The notes beneath the pieces are model-generated. The model ran no database searches. It had not been told where the DNA came from and saw only the letters and a list, made by a program, of their open reading frames with translations. The position numbers and the translations under genes are program-made. A stretch of DNA of 63,755 nucleotides, from NCBI RefSeq assembly GCF_001194135.2, contig NC_068990.1:58668302-58732056 (forward strand). The letters run 5' to 3'. This stretch comes from Octopus bimaculoides. Lineage: Eukaryota. How positions within the stretch are numbered: the stretch's first letter is position 1; every line of letters begins with the position of its first letter. Below, one piece after another: positions 39,111-51,971 of the stretch.

Positions 39111-40076
39111 ATATTACGACAAAATTTAATACTCAGATTTGCACGGCACAGTACTGTACAATACTCACTCAGTCCAGTACTCTACAACATATATATATAT
39201 ATGACTCTAACATCTCTATAATAATTAAATAATAAACGATATAATGTCTCAAGGATATTCACGGTTGACTGGATTTATACGATTGAGTTGCTTTGACGAA
39301 TTCCTCCTTTTTCTGTCTTAAATGTGTTCAGTCTGATAATTAGTTTCGTTATTAAACATTTACTCTCAAAAATAATCAATTTCTCTTTTATATTTCTGGT
39401 TCGGAAGCATATCATAGTAATGGGAATATATTACATTTAAAGACATTCATTATTGTGCTCCGTTGAATGTTTCTATTTATCCAAATTCTCTTTAATATTC
39501 CTTGACTCCATACTTCCTAGTATCATTACTCTCATTATATTTCGATTAATTTTGAAACAAATGAAAATCTTGTATAATCCGACCCAACATATTTTCTTTA
39601 GTTCAACATATTTATGCTATACTCTATTATTTCTATCTATAAATCTGCTATAATCCCTCCTCTCTTCCGTCTTAACTTTTCATAATGACCCAACCATTCT
39701 CTCCCAATGTCATATTAACACTTCTCTTAAAAATCCTTTAACCTTTATTCTATGATATTCCGGTTTCGTATCATGGACCAGTGTTCCCCAACTTTGTTTA
39801 ATGTACAGTAAAGAGATTGGTAATTGTTTTTTTGCAGTTCAGTGTTTGATGGCTTGAGTTTTGTCTCTCTAAGCTCAATAAAATAAGTATTAATCATGTA
39901 CCGAAATATATTCCATTGACTTCACTTTTTCTTCTTACAAATCTCTGACAGTATCAATAAAAATCATCCACAAGACGGCGAAAATAAGTCATCATTCTGA
40001 TGTCGTTAGGACAAGTGAAGTCTATTATTTCGGGTAGGGCCCTTGTCTAAAGACAGTACAGTTTTGCATTTTCCTT

Positions 40077-40140
40077 CCATGCAGAAGACCACTACTCGAA
40101 ATGTCAATCCTCTACTTTTCGGAACACACGAGCTTACCTT
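40077..40140 (+). repeat. Decayed pLTR/hammerhead-like fragment related to the 8758 family
   Basis: ...GAAGACCACTACTCGAAATGTCAA...CGAGCTT resembles minus-strand 8730-8790 (...GAAGAGCGTAGCTCGAAACGTCAA...CGAGCTT); the core is lost. Confidence 0.35.
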
Positions 40141-40649
40141 AGTTTACTGTTAAGTCGGGATTTTCCGACGCAGTACATGGCTAGTTTCCCTGAGTCTAAT
40201 GATACTTTTTATAAGAATTATTATATTGCTCTTCAGTATATATATATATATNNNNNNNNNNNNNNNNNNNNNNNNNNNNNNNNNNNNNNNNNNNNNNNNN
40301 NNNNNNNNNNNNNNNNNNNNNNNNNNNNNNNNNNNNNNNNNNNNNNNNNNNNNNNNNNNNNNNNNNNNNNNNNNNNNNNNNNNNNNNNNNNNNNNNNNNN
40401 NNNNNNNNNNNNNNNNNNNNNNNNNNNNNNNNNNNNNNNNNNNNNNNNNNNNNNNNNNNNNNNNNNNNNNNNNNNNNNNNNNNNNNNNNNNNNNNNNNNN
40501 NNNNNNNNNNNNNNNNNNNNNNNNNNNNNNNNNNNNNNNNNNNNNNNNNNNNNNNNNGAGAGAGAGAGCATGGAAGAGAAGAAAAAAACAAAGTGACAGA
40601 AAAGAATAGACCTTATTACTTGACTGCTACTTTATTTATTGATTCCGTG

Positions 40650-41032
40650 GTTAGCACTCCGTCGGTTACGACGACGAGGGTTCCAGTTGATCCGATCAAC
40701 GGAACAGCCTGCTCATGAAATTAACGTGCAAGTGGCTGAGTACTCCACAGACACGTGTACCCTTAACGTAGTTCTCGGGGAGATTCAGCATGACACAGAG
40801 TGTGACAAGGCTAACCCTTTGAAATACATGTACGACAGAAACAAGAAGAAAGAGTGAGAGAAAGTTATGGAGGAAGAGTACAGCAGGGTTCGCCACCATC
40901 CCCTGCCGGAGCCTTGTGAAGCTTTGGGTGTTTTCGCTCAATAAACACTCACAACACCCGGTCCGGGAATTGAAACCGCGAGCCTACGACCGCAAGTCCG
41001 CTGCCCTAACCACTGGGCCATTGCGCCTCCAC
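40650..41032 (-). mobile_element. tRNA-derived SINE (family C) with 12-bp target-site duplication
   Basis: ATTGATTCCGTG at 40638-40649 and 41033-41044. Minus-strand head GTGGAGGCGCAATGGCCCAGTGGTTAGG...GGTTTCAATTCCC. Confidence 0.9.
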
Positions 41033-42042
41033 ATTGATTCCGTGATGCAATGATAAAAAGCGAAATACACTTTGACAGAATTTGAACTCAGAAAACAGGA
41101 ACAAACAGTAGAAGTTATTCTATCCCACTCTGTAATGATTTTGCCAATTCATTTGCTCTAATTCCTATTTCAGAACTATCAGGCTTTAAATATTATTTGT
41201 TGAGGAATAAATATTCAAAGTTTTATTTCCTACCTGCAATAATCTCATATTTACCTCATTGATGACACTATAGCTGCTTCTATCACTTGTTGAAATAATT
41301 ACCAACCATATAATCATTAAGGGGGAAAATAGGGTGGATTGTTGGAGTGTTGGGTATAATGCGTTGCAATATTTGTTCCCACTCTTTGCACTGTAAGTAC
41401 CAAACCCACCGAGGCCAACTTTGCCCTTCATCCTTGCGAAAGCAATACAAAAAAAGAGTAACAATTCAGAGCGGTGGGTTGGATGAATCGTTAGAGCACC
41501 GGGTGGACTGCATTTCTTGCGGTATCTTCTCCAGCACTGTACATTCTACATTCACACCCCGCGCTTGATCACTGAAAAGCATTGACATTTCTGTCAGGAG
41601 TTGCAAGTATCAGACAGTACCACCAAATTGAAAAATCAATGGAAACGTAGTTTTCTCCTTGGCTCCATCAGATGATCTACTGTCACCGGAAATATCTGAA
41701 AACACCGATTAATTTTACCTCTATATTTTCTTACAAAAGAGAAAACTGAAATATTAATTCACAAAACTAATATATATTGTAAAAATAAAATCTAGCACAG
41801 GGAGACGACAAAGGAACATACTGAATAATAAGAAAAAACACGAGAGAGGCAGACATGTTCAAATCTCTCATCAATTATCACCAAATATCACAAGAATTTC
41901 GATTACTCTATCAATGCTGGTTTCTTCACAGATTTGAAACGTGAAAACTTTTATGGAATTTGTGACATAGCCTTCTATAAGTCAAATGATTCCTTCAAGG
42001 AGCCTAAGTTGCGTTAGCGTTTTTCGGTTAATAAAAACTTAC

Positions 42043-42121
42043 ATATGAAGGTCTTTGCAAGGAAACCTTTTCCGGTTTCAGATGTTTGTTCGTCCAATAA
42101 TAATCTGCTACATTCATTCTT
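42043..42121 (-). CDS. Possible 79-nt internal exon of an unidentified gene (or decayed ORF)
   Basis: ATTTTTCAG|...CATAT|GTAAGT. Two open frames: KNECSRLLLDEQTSETGKGFLAKTFI or RMNVADYYWTNKHLKPEKVSLQRPSY. Confidence 0.22.
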
Positions 42122-42585
42122 CTGAAAAATGTCTTCATATATTGCATTTCTTAGTTTTTCTGCATGTTACAGGTCTACCGATTTTAATGTTCAAATAAGA
42201 TCTACAGTTTAGCATATACTAAGTGAATGATATTCTTTCTCCATACAGCTTCTTAATTTATAATTTAGAAAAGAATTATTTGCACACAGTATACAATGTC
42301 TTTCTGCGAAATTATTAAATAACATTTTTGCTAACAGTCAACGTTGCTCCAAGATACTATTCGCATTTTCTCATCCTTATAGCGCCCTTTGACCTTTATT
42401 TTCTGTATGGAACATATTTCTTGGATGTTTGCTTGAAAAATTAACCATATTAATACTTTTAATCTAATGACAGTCTGTACTACTCAGTTATACAGTTCGC
42501 TGTTCTTTCACACTGATAGAAATCAAATAGAGTCATAGTTCAGAAGAAGCCGATCAAATTCTCACTTCATACATCTAAACACTAC

Positions 42586-42855
42586 AACCAATCACAGCGA
42601 CTAAATACTAGTGGCTCTGCCATGTCAATATTCTCAGTGCAGTGTGGACAAAACAGTCACCGTATGTTTAGTTCACTGAAAAAATTAATTAGTATACTGT
42701 AACTGAATACAGGACTATAAACTTTGGCGCCTGATCAAAAATACGAGACAACATAATTTCATAGTTTTCATTAATATCAGAGAGTGGTTAAAACGGGCAA
42801 ATCAATAGAACCCCGCCCCTAACCAAATGTACAACATGTTTAGTTCAACATGTCA
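42586..42855. promoter_or_regulatory. Candidate promoter-like motif cluster
   Basis: AACCAATCACAG (42586-97, CCAAT box), TTTGGCGC (42723-30, E2F consensus), CCCCGCCCC (42811-19, GC box), two CAACATGT(T/C) motifs (42832-42854), in a repeat-poor 2.3-kb interval. Confidence 0.3.
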
Positions 42856-44274
42856 CTGTATTTAGTTCAATTCTCTCTCAAGTAAGCTACGCTCTTTATA
42901 CCTGCAGGGATCGTTAAAATGAGAACGACAAAATTACTAGTGTCGATTCAATTGACTGTATTTTCCCCAAAACAAAGTTGGCCCACTGCCTAAGCAAAGT
43001 AAATCACTATTTTTTTATGGAATTCAGTGCAAAATGTTGAAAACAGAAAACGAAATGAATGTTTGACCATGTCGATAGAGCTGATATCACTCTATTTGAC
43101 AAATAAACATCTAACACAAGACTCTTTACTATTATCGAGAAATTGTAGTATGAAAGAGTTTTGGAAGTAGACATTGGTGTATTTGACTAAATCAAAGTTG
43201 TACTGATATTTACAGTGATATTGCAAATCGCCCAAAGCTCAACTACATACTTGGTTGATGATGGATGTCTCTCTATGTCAGATATATGTCTTGGCTTTCA
43301 AAGTTATTGTTCATACAGAAGAGTATTCGTCAGGAAAATATTTAAAGCCTGAGTCTGTAACCTGATTTCAATTCTAAATTGTAACTGTTTCGCAATACTT
43401 TTGGTACTACTGGCTCACTAATTCAACCAGACATACGAAGCTGAAATACCATAGTTACCTTTATTGCCAGAGAGTTCTATAGAGTAACCTATAGCAGTTT
43501 CTTTCAACCCTTTCCTTTTACTAACAATGCGCTCACACAGTGATATCTAAATTTATTTTCGACTCACTATCTCCTTGGTTTCACACCATATTCCCTGTGA
43601 GAAATTCACTACTACCACCACTACAACCACCACCATCATCACTGTCACCTAATGCTCAGAAGAATGGGTCACACTTCACAGCCGAGTGACACAGGAAATT
43701 TCAAAGAGATAACAATACATCTAACGATACTTTACAAATAATGCCTTTCTTCGAAATGATTTCTTCATCAATCACAACTCATCCTGGCAGGTTTGTAAGA
43801 AAACCGACGGGTCCTCCATCTGTTTCCACGATGAGAATTTCTATTGTTCCATCAAGTGAACAGCTTTCTTATTGAATTATTATAGTGCAAGTGATTAACT
43901 ATTCCTTCACCGTAAACCTCATTCAGAATTAACGTTGCACTGGGTGGGACAAGGCTGGATTTTACAGGTGGTATTATAGGGCCAGTTAGGCTGACGGACT
44001 TCTATGCAATTTCTGACTAGCCAATTTCACTTAAAGGGTATGGATCAACACAAATAAATGGTAGAAGACACTTGCCCAAGGGACCGCGTGGTTGTGAAGG
44101 AATCTTCTTAAATATTTTGTAATTCCATGTTGATAACCCCCATTCTGGGGGCCATAACACTATCAAGTTCACTGTATAACAGACAGGTGAAAAAGTATAG
44201 GTAGACTATACTAACATGACAAATTCCATTAAAATCTAAGCACACCAATCTTTAATCACACACTCACATAACGC

Positions 44275-44312
<38 letters not shown>

Positions 44313-44333
44313 TTCNNNNNNNNNNNNNNNNNN

Positions 44334-44374
<41 letters not shown>

Positions 44375-45282
44375 AGAACAAATATATATATATATATAGA
44401 CATACACATATGTGTGTGTATGTGTTTATGTATGCATGCATGTATGATGCATGTACTGGCGTTGTACATTTTTGGCAAGTGACTGCATCTAAGACGATAT
44501 GCCAGAACCAAAAGACAATTCTCAACTAGATTTTATAGCTTCAGGAGCCTTTTTCTATTTTTCCTGTTTTCTTTTTATCAGTTTTTCGTTCTATTTTTCA
44601 TTTCTCATTTTCTTTTGTTGATTTCTTTTAATAGTTACATTCAACTTAAAGCATAGAAGTACTTAATGTCAGTTTAATATATAAGGTAAACTCTTTTATA
44701 CTTTGGTCAGTTGTCCCTTTGTGCGTCAGTAAATTTACATTCGTTTTTTGATATATATATATATATATANNNNNNNNNNNNNNNNNNNNNNNNNNNNNNN
44801 NNNNNNNNNNNNNNNNNNNNNNNNNNNNNNNNNNNNNNNNNNNNNNNNNNNNNNNNNNNNNNNNNNNNNNNNNNNNNNNNNNNNNNNNNNNNNNNNNNNN
44901 NNNNNNNNNNNNNNNNNNNNNNNNNNNNNNNNNNNNNNNNNNNNNNNNNNNNNNNNNNNNNNNNNNNNNNNNNNNNNNNNNNNNNNNNNNNNNNNNNNNN
45001 NNNNNNNNNNNNNNNNNNNNTTTTTTTTTTTTTTTTTTTTTTCTTATGGGTCTCAATCGTTTGACGACGTCCTTCGCTCTCTGACTATAAATTGTGTCCA
45101 AGTATACGTACGATATCTGCATAAAGTATCAGTTTTAATATATTTTATTAAGACAGTAATATTATTAGATTTTAGGTGGTCGTTTTGGATAAAATATATA
45201 ATGAAATAATAACCTAGTTATGTAATATATATGTAGACACACACACACAAATTTACGCACATATTTGTAAGCGTGCATGTCA

Positions 45283-46185
45283 TTATTTAGTTTTATTTCA
45301 AGATTTCGTCCCAATAGAGAAAGAACCGGTTTCTAACCTAGATCTAAGGTTCCTTTATCAGAATTTCAGTGACATCAACAGGGTATTTTTGTATGTAAGT
45401 ATGTATGTATGTATGTATACGTGCAGATTCGTATGTTTTGTCTTATGTATATATTCTCATGCACATAGTTGCATGTCTAGACATGCTCATAAATGATAAA
45501 CTTCTGGAAAGTTTTACAGATTTTTACAGTTCCAGTGATGGCTTGGGTCTGTAGTCTTTGAATCAGCTTTCTTCTTTCCGATTTTGAGAAGCCTAATTTC
45601 TCAAGAATGGAATTTAGGCAGTGTGTTACACGTCTCAGTACCCCAGTAATTACAGATATAAACCTACACTTGTAATCTGGATAAAGTAACTGCAAAATTT
45701 TCAATAGTTCAGCGTAGGTATTCTTTTTTCACTGAGCTTCAGCTTTATGTTAACATCCGCTGGACAACTGATTTCCACAACTGTACACAGTTTCTCTTCT
45801 CTATCCCAAATCATTACATCAGGGCTATTGTGTTTACATTTTATGAGGTTTTCACAAGGACACTCCACCAGTACTCCCTTTTATTTTGAGTGGCTATGGC
45901 TTCCACCACACCGTGGGTTTTATTTCTTTTTCCTCGGAGTTACCCTTCTGACCTACCTCGTTATACAGTGTCCTAGCTACATCATGTCACATCGGTAGAT
46001 AGACCCGTGATGACATTTTTGGACAACTGCTTATGATGTGGGTGATATCTCCGGTGTTAACTCCACAGTGTCTGCATCGGATGTCACATTTTTCTGATTT
46101 TCCTGCATTTCTGTCCTTTTTGTGTATGAGGTAATTGTCCGATGTTTCCTGTTCCTGGATTGCAAATGCATACCCTTCAAATTTG
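45283..46185 (-). mobile_element. 5'-truncated R4/Dong-like non-LTR retrotransposon (CCHC knuckle + restriction-like endonuclease + 3'UTR)
   Basis: Minus strand across frameshifts: EGYAFAIQEQE...CDIRCRHCG...THIISSCPKMSSRVYLPM*HDVA...YWW...KHNSPDVMIWDREEKLCTVVEISCPADVNI...EK.NTYAELLKILQLLYPDYKCRFISVITGVL...TGTVKICKTFQKF. Then a ~200-nt 3'UTR with internal (CATA)n ending AAATAAAACTAAATAA. Confidence 0.9.
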
Positions 46186-46189
46186 GAAA

Positions 46190-46585
46190 TAGTAATCTGG
46201 TTGTTGGCCCATGATAGACTGTTTTGTTACTATCATCTCGGAGCTTTTCGAGTTTGTTTCAATCATTGCACTGTGGCCATGCTGAAGCACCATCTTAAAG
46301 GCTTTTAGTAGGACAAATCGATCCCAATGCTTATTTTTAAGTCTGTGATTTTTTATTCTAGTGAACTGTGAAGTTATTGGGACGTTAACAACCAGCACCG
46401 GTTATTAAGTGGGGACAGGGGAAACACATATACACATACACACACACATACACACATATATCCGTTTAACTTGTTTTGGGCAAAAGTGTCAAATATTTCA
46501 TAGTGTCGGTTACTGCCTGTTATTCCCATATTCTTAAGTGATCCTATGGGATGGTTACATATGTGGTACTCCTCAGTCATTTTTG

Positions 46586-46647
<62 letters not shown>

Positions 46648-46817
46648 NNNNNNNNNNNNNNNNNNNNNNNNNNNNNNNNNNNNNNNNNNNNNNNNNNNNN
46701 NNNNNNNNNNNNNNNNNNNNNNNNNNNNNNNNNNNNNNNNNNNNNNNNNNNNNNNNNNNNNNNNNNNNNNNNNNNNNNNNNNNNNNNNNNNNNNNNNNNN
46801 NNNNNNNNNNNNNNNNN

Positions 46818-46858
<41 letters not shown>

Positions 46859-47770
46859 TGCATACCGTTATGTATGATTCCATAAATTCTTAATGATAGA
46901 GAATTCAGTCCGGAATCTACCGAAATCGAGCCAGTCCTTACTGATGAGGCAACAGAAATTGCCGAAACTGACGTCAGTATAAGTAATTCTCGATTGGTGT
47001 TTTCGGGCGTTTATAGTCTCTACCAACATATATGTATACAATTATGTGCTTTAACTATAGCATTTAGTGCATTTTAGCTCTTATTTCTAGCAATGTAGTT
47101 GTTTCTAATACCCTAGTCATATTTAGTGACAATTATGGTTTCCTTTTTAGTAAACATTGCATATCACTGTCTATATAATTTTATGTGTGTTTGTGCGTGT
47201 GTGTGTATTTGTGTGTTTGCGCGTGCGCGTGGGTATATATGTATATATATATATATATATACATACATACATACATACATGCATACATACATACATACAT
47301 ACATACATACATACGTGCATACATACATAAAACAAGCTTCTTTCAGTTTCCATCTACTATATTCACTCACAAGGCCTTGGTCGACCGGAAGCTATAGTTG
47401 AGGACACTTATCGAAGGTGTTACGTGGAGAATATAAACTACGTAATGGGGAAGAAAACCTCCAAACTCTGACTGCGCATTCTTTATTATTATTATTATTC
47501 AGACTTTGGAATTTCCTGTCTGTCACTTTTATTGTAATTATTTTTTCGCAAGAATTCTGGTATATCTTCTTTACCCTTTTTTTTTTTTTTTTCTCTCTAC
47601 TTGTTTTAGTCATTAGACTGTGGCCACAGTGAGGCACCGCCTCGAAGAACTTCAATCGAACGAATCGACTCCAATACTTCATTCTTCGTTTTTTAAGCCC
47701 GGTACTTATTCTATTGGACACTTTGGCTGAACCGCTGAGTTACAGAGTCGTAAGTACACCAGCAATGAAC
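46190..47770 (-). mobile_element. Scattered SINE family A fragments (46190-46420, 47335-47470, 47590-47770)
   Basis: GGCCATGCTGAAGCACC, AAGCTTCTTTCAGTTTCC...CTCACAAGGC and GGTACTTATTCTATTGG motifs. The interval also contains unrelated sequence, including the hammerhead. Confidence 0.65.
46924..46995 (+). ncRNA. Type I hammerhead ribozyme, intact catalytic core
   Basis: CTTA(46937-40)-CTGATGA(46941-47)-GGCAA/cagaaa/TTGCC (stem II)-GAAA(46964-67)-stem III palindrome ACTGACGTCAGT(46967-78)-A17(46979, GUA triplet)-TAAG(46980-83). Distal stem I helix AATCGAG(46924-30)/CTCGATT(46989-95) beyond an internal loop. Confidence 0.9.
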
Positions 47771-48953
47771 AATGTTTTACTTATACATTCCAAATTTAAA
47801 TTTTGCCTGAAAATTTTGCTATTTTTCTACTCATTAACATGGTTTACAACTACAAATCTGATACTCCTGTACATTCCGCCATACTCTATACTTCATTTTA
47901 TACCTAGAAGAGTTTGATATGTAGGTACCTTGCCTTTCATCCCTTCCACGGTCGAGTCCTGGGGTCGATGTAATCGACTAGCACCTTCCCCGAAATTGCT
48001 GGGTTTGAGCCAATATTTGAAACCAGTATATTCTTTTACAAGTAAAATACAATAGCACACGAATATAAGCATATTTACATCTAGGAAGGATTTCCTGTTT
48101 ACATATATATAGATATGTACACAGATATATGTTTATATATACATATATTTAAACGTACTCAATCCCTCTCTCATCTGTATATATACATATATATATATAT
48201 ATAGAGAGAGAGAGANNNNNNNNNNNNNNNNNNNNNNNNNNNNNNNNNNNNNNNNNNNNNNNNNNNNNNNNNNNNNNNNNNNNNNNNNNNNNNNNNNNNN
48301 NNNNNNNNNNNNNNNNNNNNNNNNNNNNNNNNNNNNNNNNNNNNNNNNNNNNNNNNNNNNNNNNNNNNNNNNNNNNNNNNNNNNNNNNNNNNNNNNNNNN
48401 NNNNNNNNNNNNNNNNNNNNNNNNNNNNNNNNNNNNNNNNNNNNNNNNNNNNNNNNNNNNNNNNNNNNNNNNNNNNNNNNNNNNNNNNNNNNNNNNNNNN
48501 NNNNNNNNNNNNNNNNNNNNNNNNNNNNNNNNNNNNNNNNNNNNNNNNNNNNNNNNNNNNNNNNNNNNNNNNNNNNNNNNNNNNNNNNNNNNNNNNNNNN
48601 NNNNNNNNNNNNNNNNNNNNNNNNNNNNNNNNNNNNNNNNNNNNNNNNNNNNNNNNNNNNNNNNNNNNNNNNNNNNNNNNNNNNNNNNNNNNNNNNNNNN
48701 NNNNNNNNNNNNNNNNNNNNNNNNNNNNNNNNNNNNNNNNNNNNNNNNNNNNNNNNNNNNNNNNNNNNNNNNNNNNNNNNNNNNNNNNNNNNNNNNNNNN
48801 NNNNNNNNNNNNNNNNNNNNNNNNNNNNNNNNNNNNNNNNNNNNNNNNNNNNNNNNNNNNNNNNNNNNNNNNNNNNNNNNNNNNNNNNNNNNNNNNNNNN
48901 NNNNNNNNNNNNNNNNNNNNNNNNNNNNNNNNNNNNNNNNNNNNNNNNNNNNN

Positions 48954-49002
<49 letters not shown>

Positions 49003-49204
49003 TTATATTTATATATATATGCATATACATATGTATATATATGTGTGTGTGTATGTGTGTATATATGAATGTACATGTAGTTGGTTTGCGTACGCGTGTC
49101 TATTTGTATGTGCGTGTGTATTTTTGTGTCCAGTTACTTTGCCTTTGGAAGTGTCTTTGGAAGTTTGTGTCGTGTGTGCGAGTGCGTGTGTGTGTGTGTG
49201 TGTA

Positions 49205-49257
<53 letters not shown>

Positions 49258-49407
49258 ATGTGTCTATGTGTGCTTAGTTTGAAAGAAGATGAGAGAATGA
49301 ACGGAAAAGAGATAGAATGGGAAAATACAGTCGACAAATAGCAGTAAAGGTACATAAATATATAGTCAGAGAGACAGACAGACAGACAGACAGACTGACA
49401 GATATAT

Positions 49408-49573
49408 AGGTAGGCAGGTAGGTAGGTAGGTAGGTAGGAAGGAAGGAAGGTAGGTAGGTAGGTAGGTAGGTAGGTAGGTAGGTAGGTAGGTAGGTAGGAA
49501 GGTAGGTAGGTAGGTAGGTAGGTAGGAAGGTAGGTAGGTAGGTATAGGTAGGTAGGTTGGTAGGTAGGTAGGC
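49408..49573. repeat. (AGGT)n microsatellite
   Basis: Direct reading. Confidence 0.95.
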
Positions 49574-49736
49574 NNNNNNNNNNNNNNNNNNNNNNNNNNN
49601 NNNNNNNNNNNNNNNNNNNNNNNNNNNNNNNNNNNNNNNNNNNNNNNNNNNNNNNNNNNNNNNNNNNNNNNNNNNNNNNNNNNNNNNNNNNNNNNNNNNN
49701 NNNNNNNNNNNNNNNNNNNNNNNNNNNNNNNNNNNN

Positions 49737-49770
<34 letters not shown>

Positions 49771-50646
49771 TGATGTATATGTTTGCATAAAATATACATG
49801 AACACGCACTTGCATTAATGCATACATACATACGAATTTTCGCATATGTGTATGTTCGTGTATGTACGTATATTAGTCAGATGTGCAGTAAAAAATACGC
49901 ACTTAAATACAAACATACGTGCATAGTTATGTACATAGAATCTACATTAGCGTATACATATATTTGTATGTGATATGTGTTTAAGTGTAAGGAATGAAAA
50001 AATGGAAAAATTGCTGCAGTAGAAAACGAAGTAGAGAAAGGACAATAGGTATTATATAATTTGGAATTGGTAGTTCCAGTCATCTGAGTATATTGAAGGA
50101 GAAAGCGGTTGTTATATAAATACATACACATATATGCACACGTATATGAATATATATATATATATATATANNNNNNNNNNNNNNNNNNNNNNNNNNNNNN
50201 NNNNNNNNNNNNNNNNNNNNNNNNNNNNNNNNNNNNNNNNNNNNNNNNNNNNNNNNNNNNNNNNNNNNNNNNNNNNNNNNNNNNNNNNNNNNNNNNNNNN
50301 NNNNNNNNNNNNNNNNNNNNNNNNNNNNNNNNNNNNNNNNNNNNNNNNNNNNNNNNNNNNNNNNNNNNNNNNNNNNNNNNNNNNNNNNNNNNNNNNNNNN
50401 NNNNNNNNNNNNNNNNNNNNNNNNNNNNNNNNNNNNNNNNNNNNNNNNNNNNNNNNNNNNNNNNNNNNNNNNNNNNNNNNNNNNNNNNNNNNNNNNNNNN
50501 NNNNNATATATACATACATACATATATATATACACATATATACATACATATAGTACTGGGAATATCGAGGTGTATTTGAAAAGCTTTCAATAAGTGATTA
50601 CCTTAAGTATGGGTAAATTTCTTGCATTTTTTCTATTTTTTACATC

Positions 50647-50650
<4 letters not shown>

Positions 50651-50706
<56 letters not shown>

Positions 50707-50845
50707 CATAACATTATTATTGATATTAGTGTTGTTGTTGTTGTTGTTGTTGCTGTTGTTGTTTTCGTTGTTGACGTTGCTGCTGTTGCTATTTTTATTA
50801 TTATCTTCATTATCATCATCGTCATCATCGTCATCATCATTATCA

Positions 50846-50895
<50 letters not shown>

Positions 50896-50950
50896 GTCAT
50901 TGTGGTTGTTTTTGTTGTTGTTGTTCTTGTTGTTATTATTATTATTATTC
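50651..50950. repeat. Compound trinucleotide microsatellite (ATT)n/(GTT)n/(CAT)n
   Basis: Direct reading. Confidence 0.95.
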
Positions 50951-51566
50951 ATTTCAAGAGATTATTTTGTTGACAGGAAACTGAAACTCTACGCTAACTT
51001 CTGCAACAATGAAAAATACTTTGGCTAAGAAAAACCTCCATGAAAATAATGCCGGGAAGGATAAAGGAAATTATTATGTAAACAGAACATTTTTAAGCTT
51101 ATTTCTTATAAGAAAAACAGTGAAATAGATAAAAGTTTCAGGAAGGAAAAGATTGGTTAAAAGATTGAAAAATGTATTAAACAAAATTGTGAACAACTAT
51201 GAGTCATTGTAGGCAATTATATAGAGAAAATCATGGTTGGGGGTTTGAGAGGAGATCGAGAGATGTTTAGGGGAAAGCGAGAGAGAGAGAGAGAGAGAGG
51301 TGGGGAGAGAGTTAGAGAGAGAGAGAAGGGTAGAACTGGAGAGATGTAAAAAGTTAAGAAACTGAAGATTAGAATTTGAAAGAGAAAAGAATGAATGCTT
51401 GTGATGATGGATGAATGCAAAGAAGAACACAGAAGATGACTGTAAAGCAATAGGTTAAAAATAAAGATGAATAAACGTATGGCGTATAAAGAGAGATGCG
51501 AAACACACACACACACATACACACACACACATTTACATACAGAAATGTTTATATGTACGTGCGCGT

Positions 51567-51663
<97 letters not shown>

Positions 51664-51937
51664 AGTATCTGTGAGAGAGAGAGAGAGAGCGGGGGGAACA
51701 CGATAACGGTTTGCAGGGGCAAGTAATAAAAGCACTAGCTTTATATAAAGAGGTAAGAAGTTGAGAAGGAGAGAGAGAAATGGAATGAAGGAGAAGAGAG
51801 AGAATTGAAAGAGTGTGCGTGTGTGTGTGTGAGAGAGAGGGGGAAGTAAAGAGAGAGAGAGAGAGGAACGTTGTAAAAGGTAGAAGAAAAACAAGAAGAA
51901 GAAGAAGAAGAAGAAGAACAAGAACAACAAGAACAAC

Positions 51938-51971
<34 letters not shown>

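Noticed and set aside
43290-43340. Minus-strand CTGACGA-ATAC/GTAT-GAAC motif
   Set aside because: GAAC instead of GAAA, A-U at the stem II base and no stem III; compatible with chance.
43480-43920. Minus frame with several TGA stops suggesting an alternative genetic code (NUMT or mycoplasma DNA), and LRR-like patches
   Set aside because: TAA/TAG stops also occur, no recognisable protein emerges, and the TGAs mirror TCA in a low-complexity plus-strand tract.
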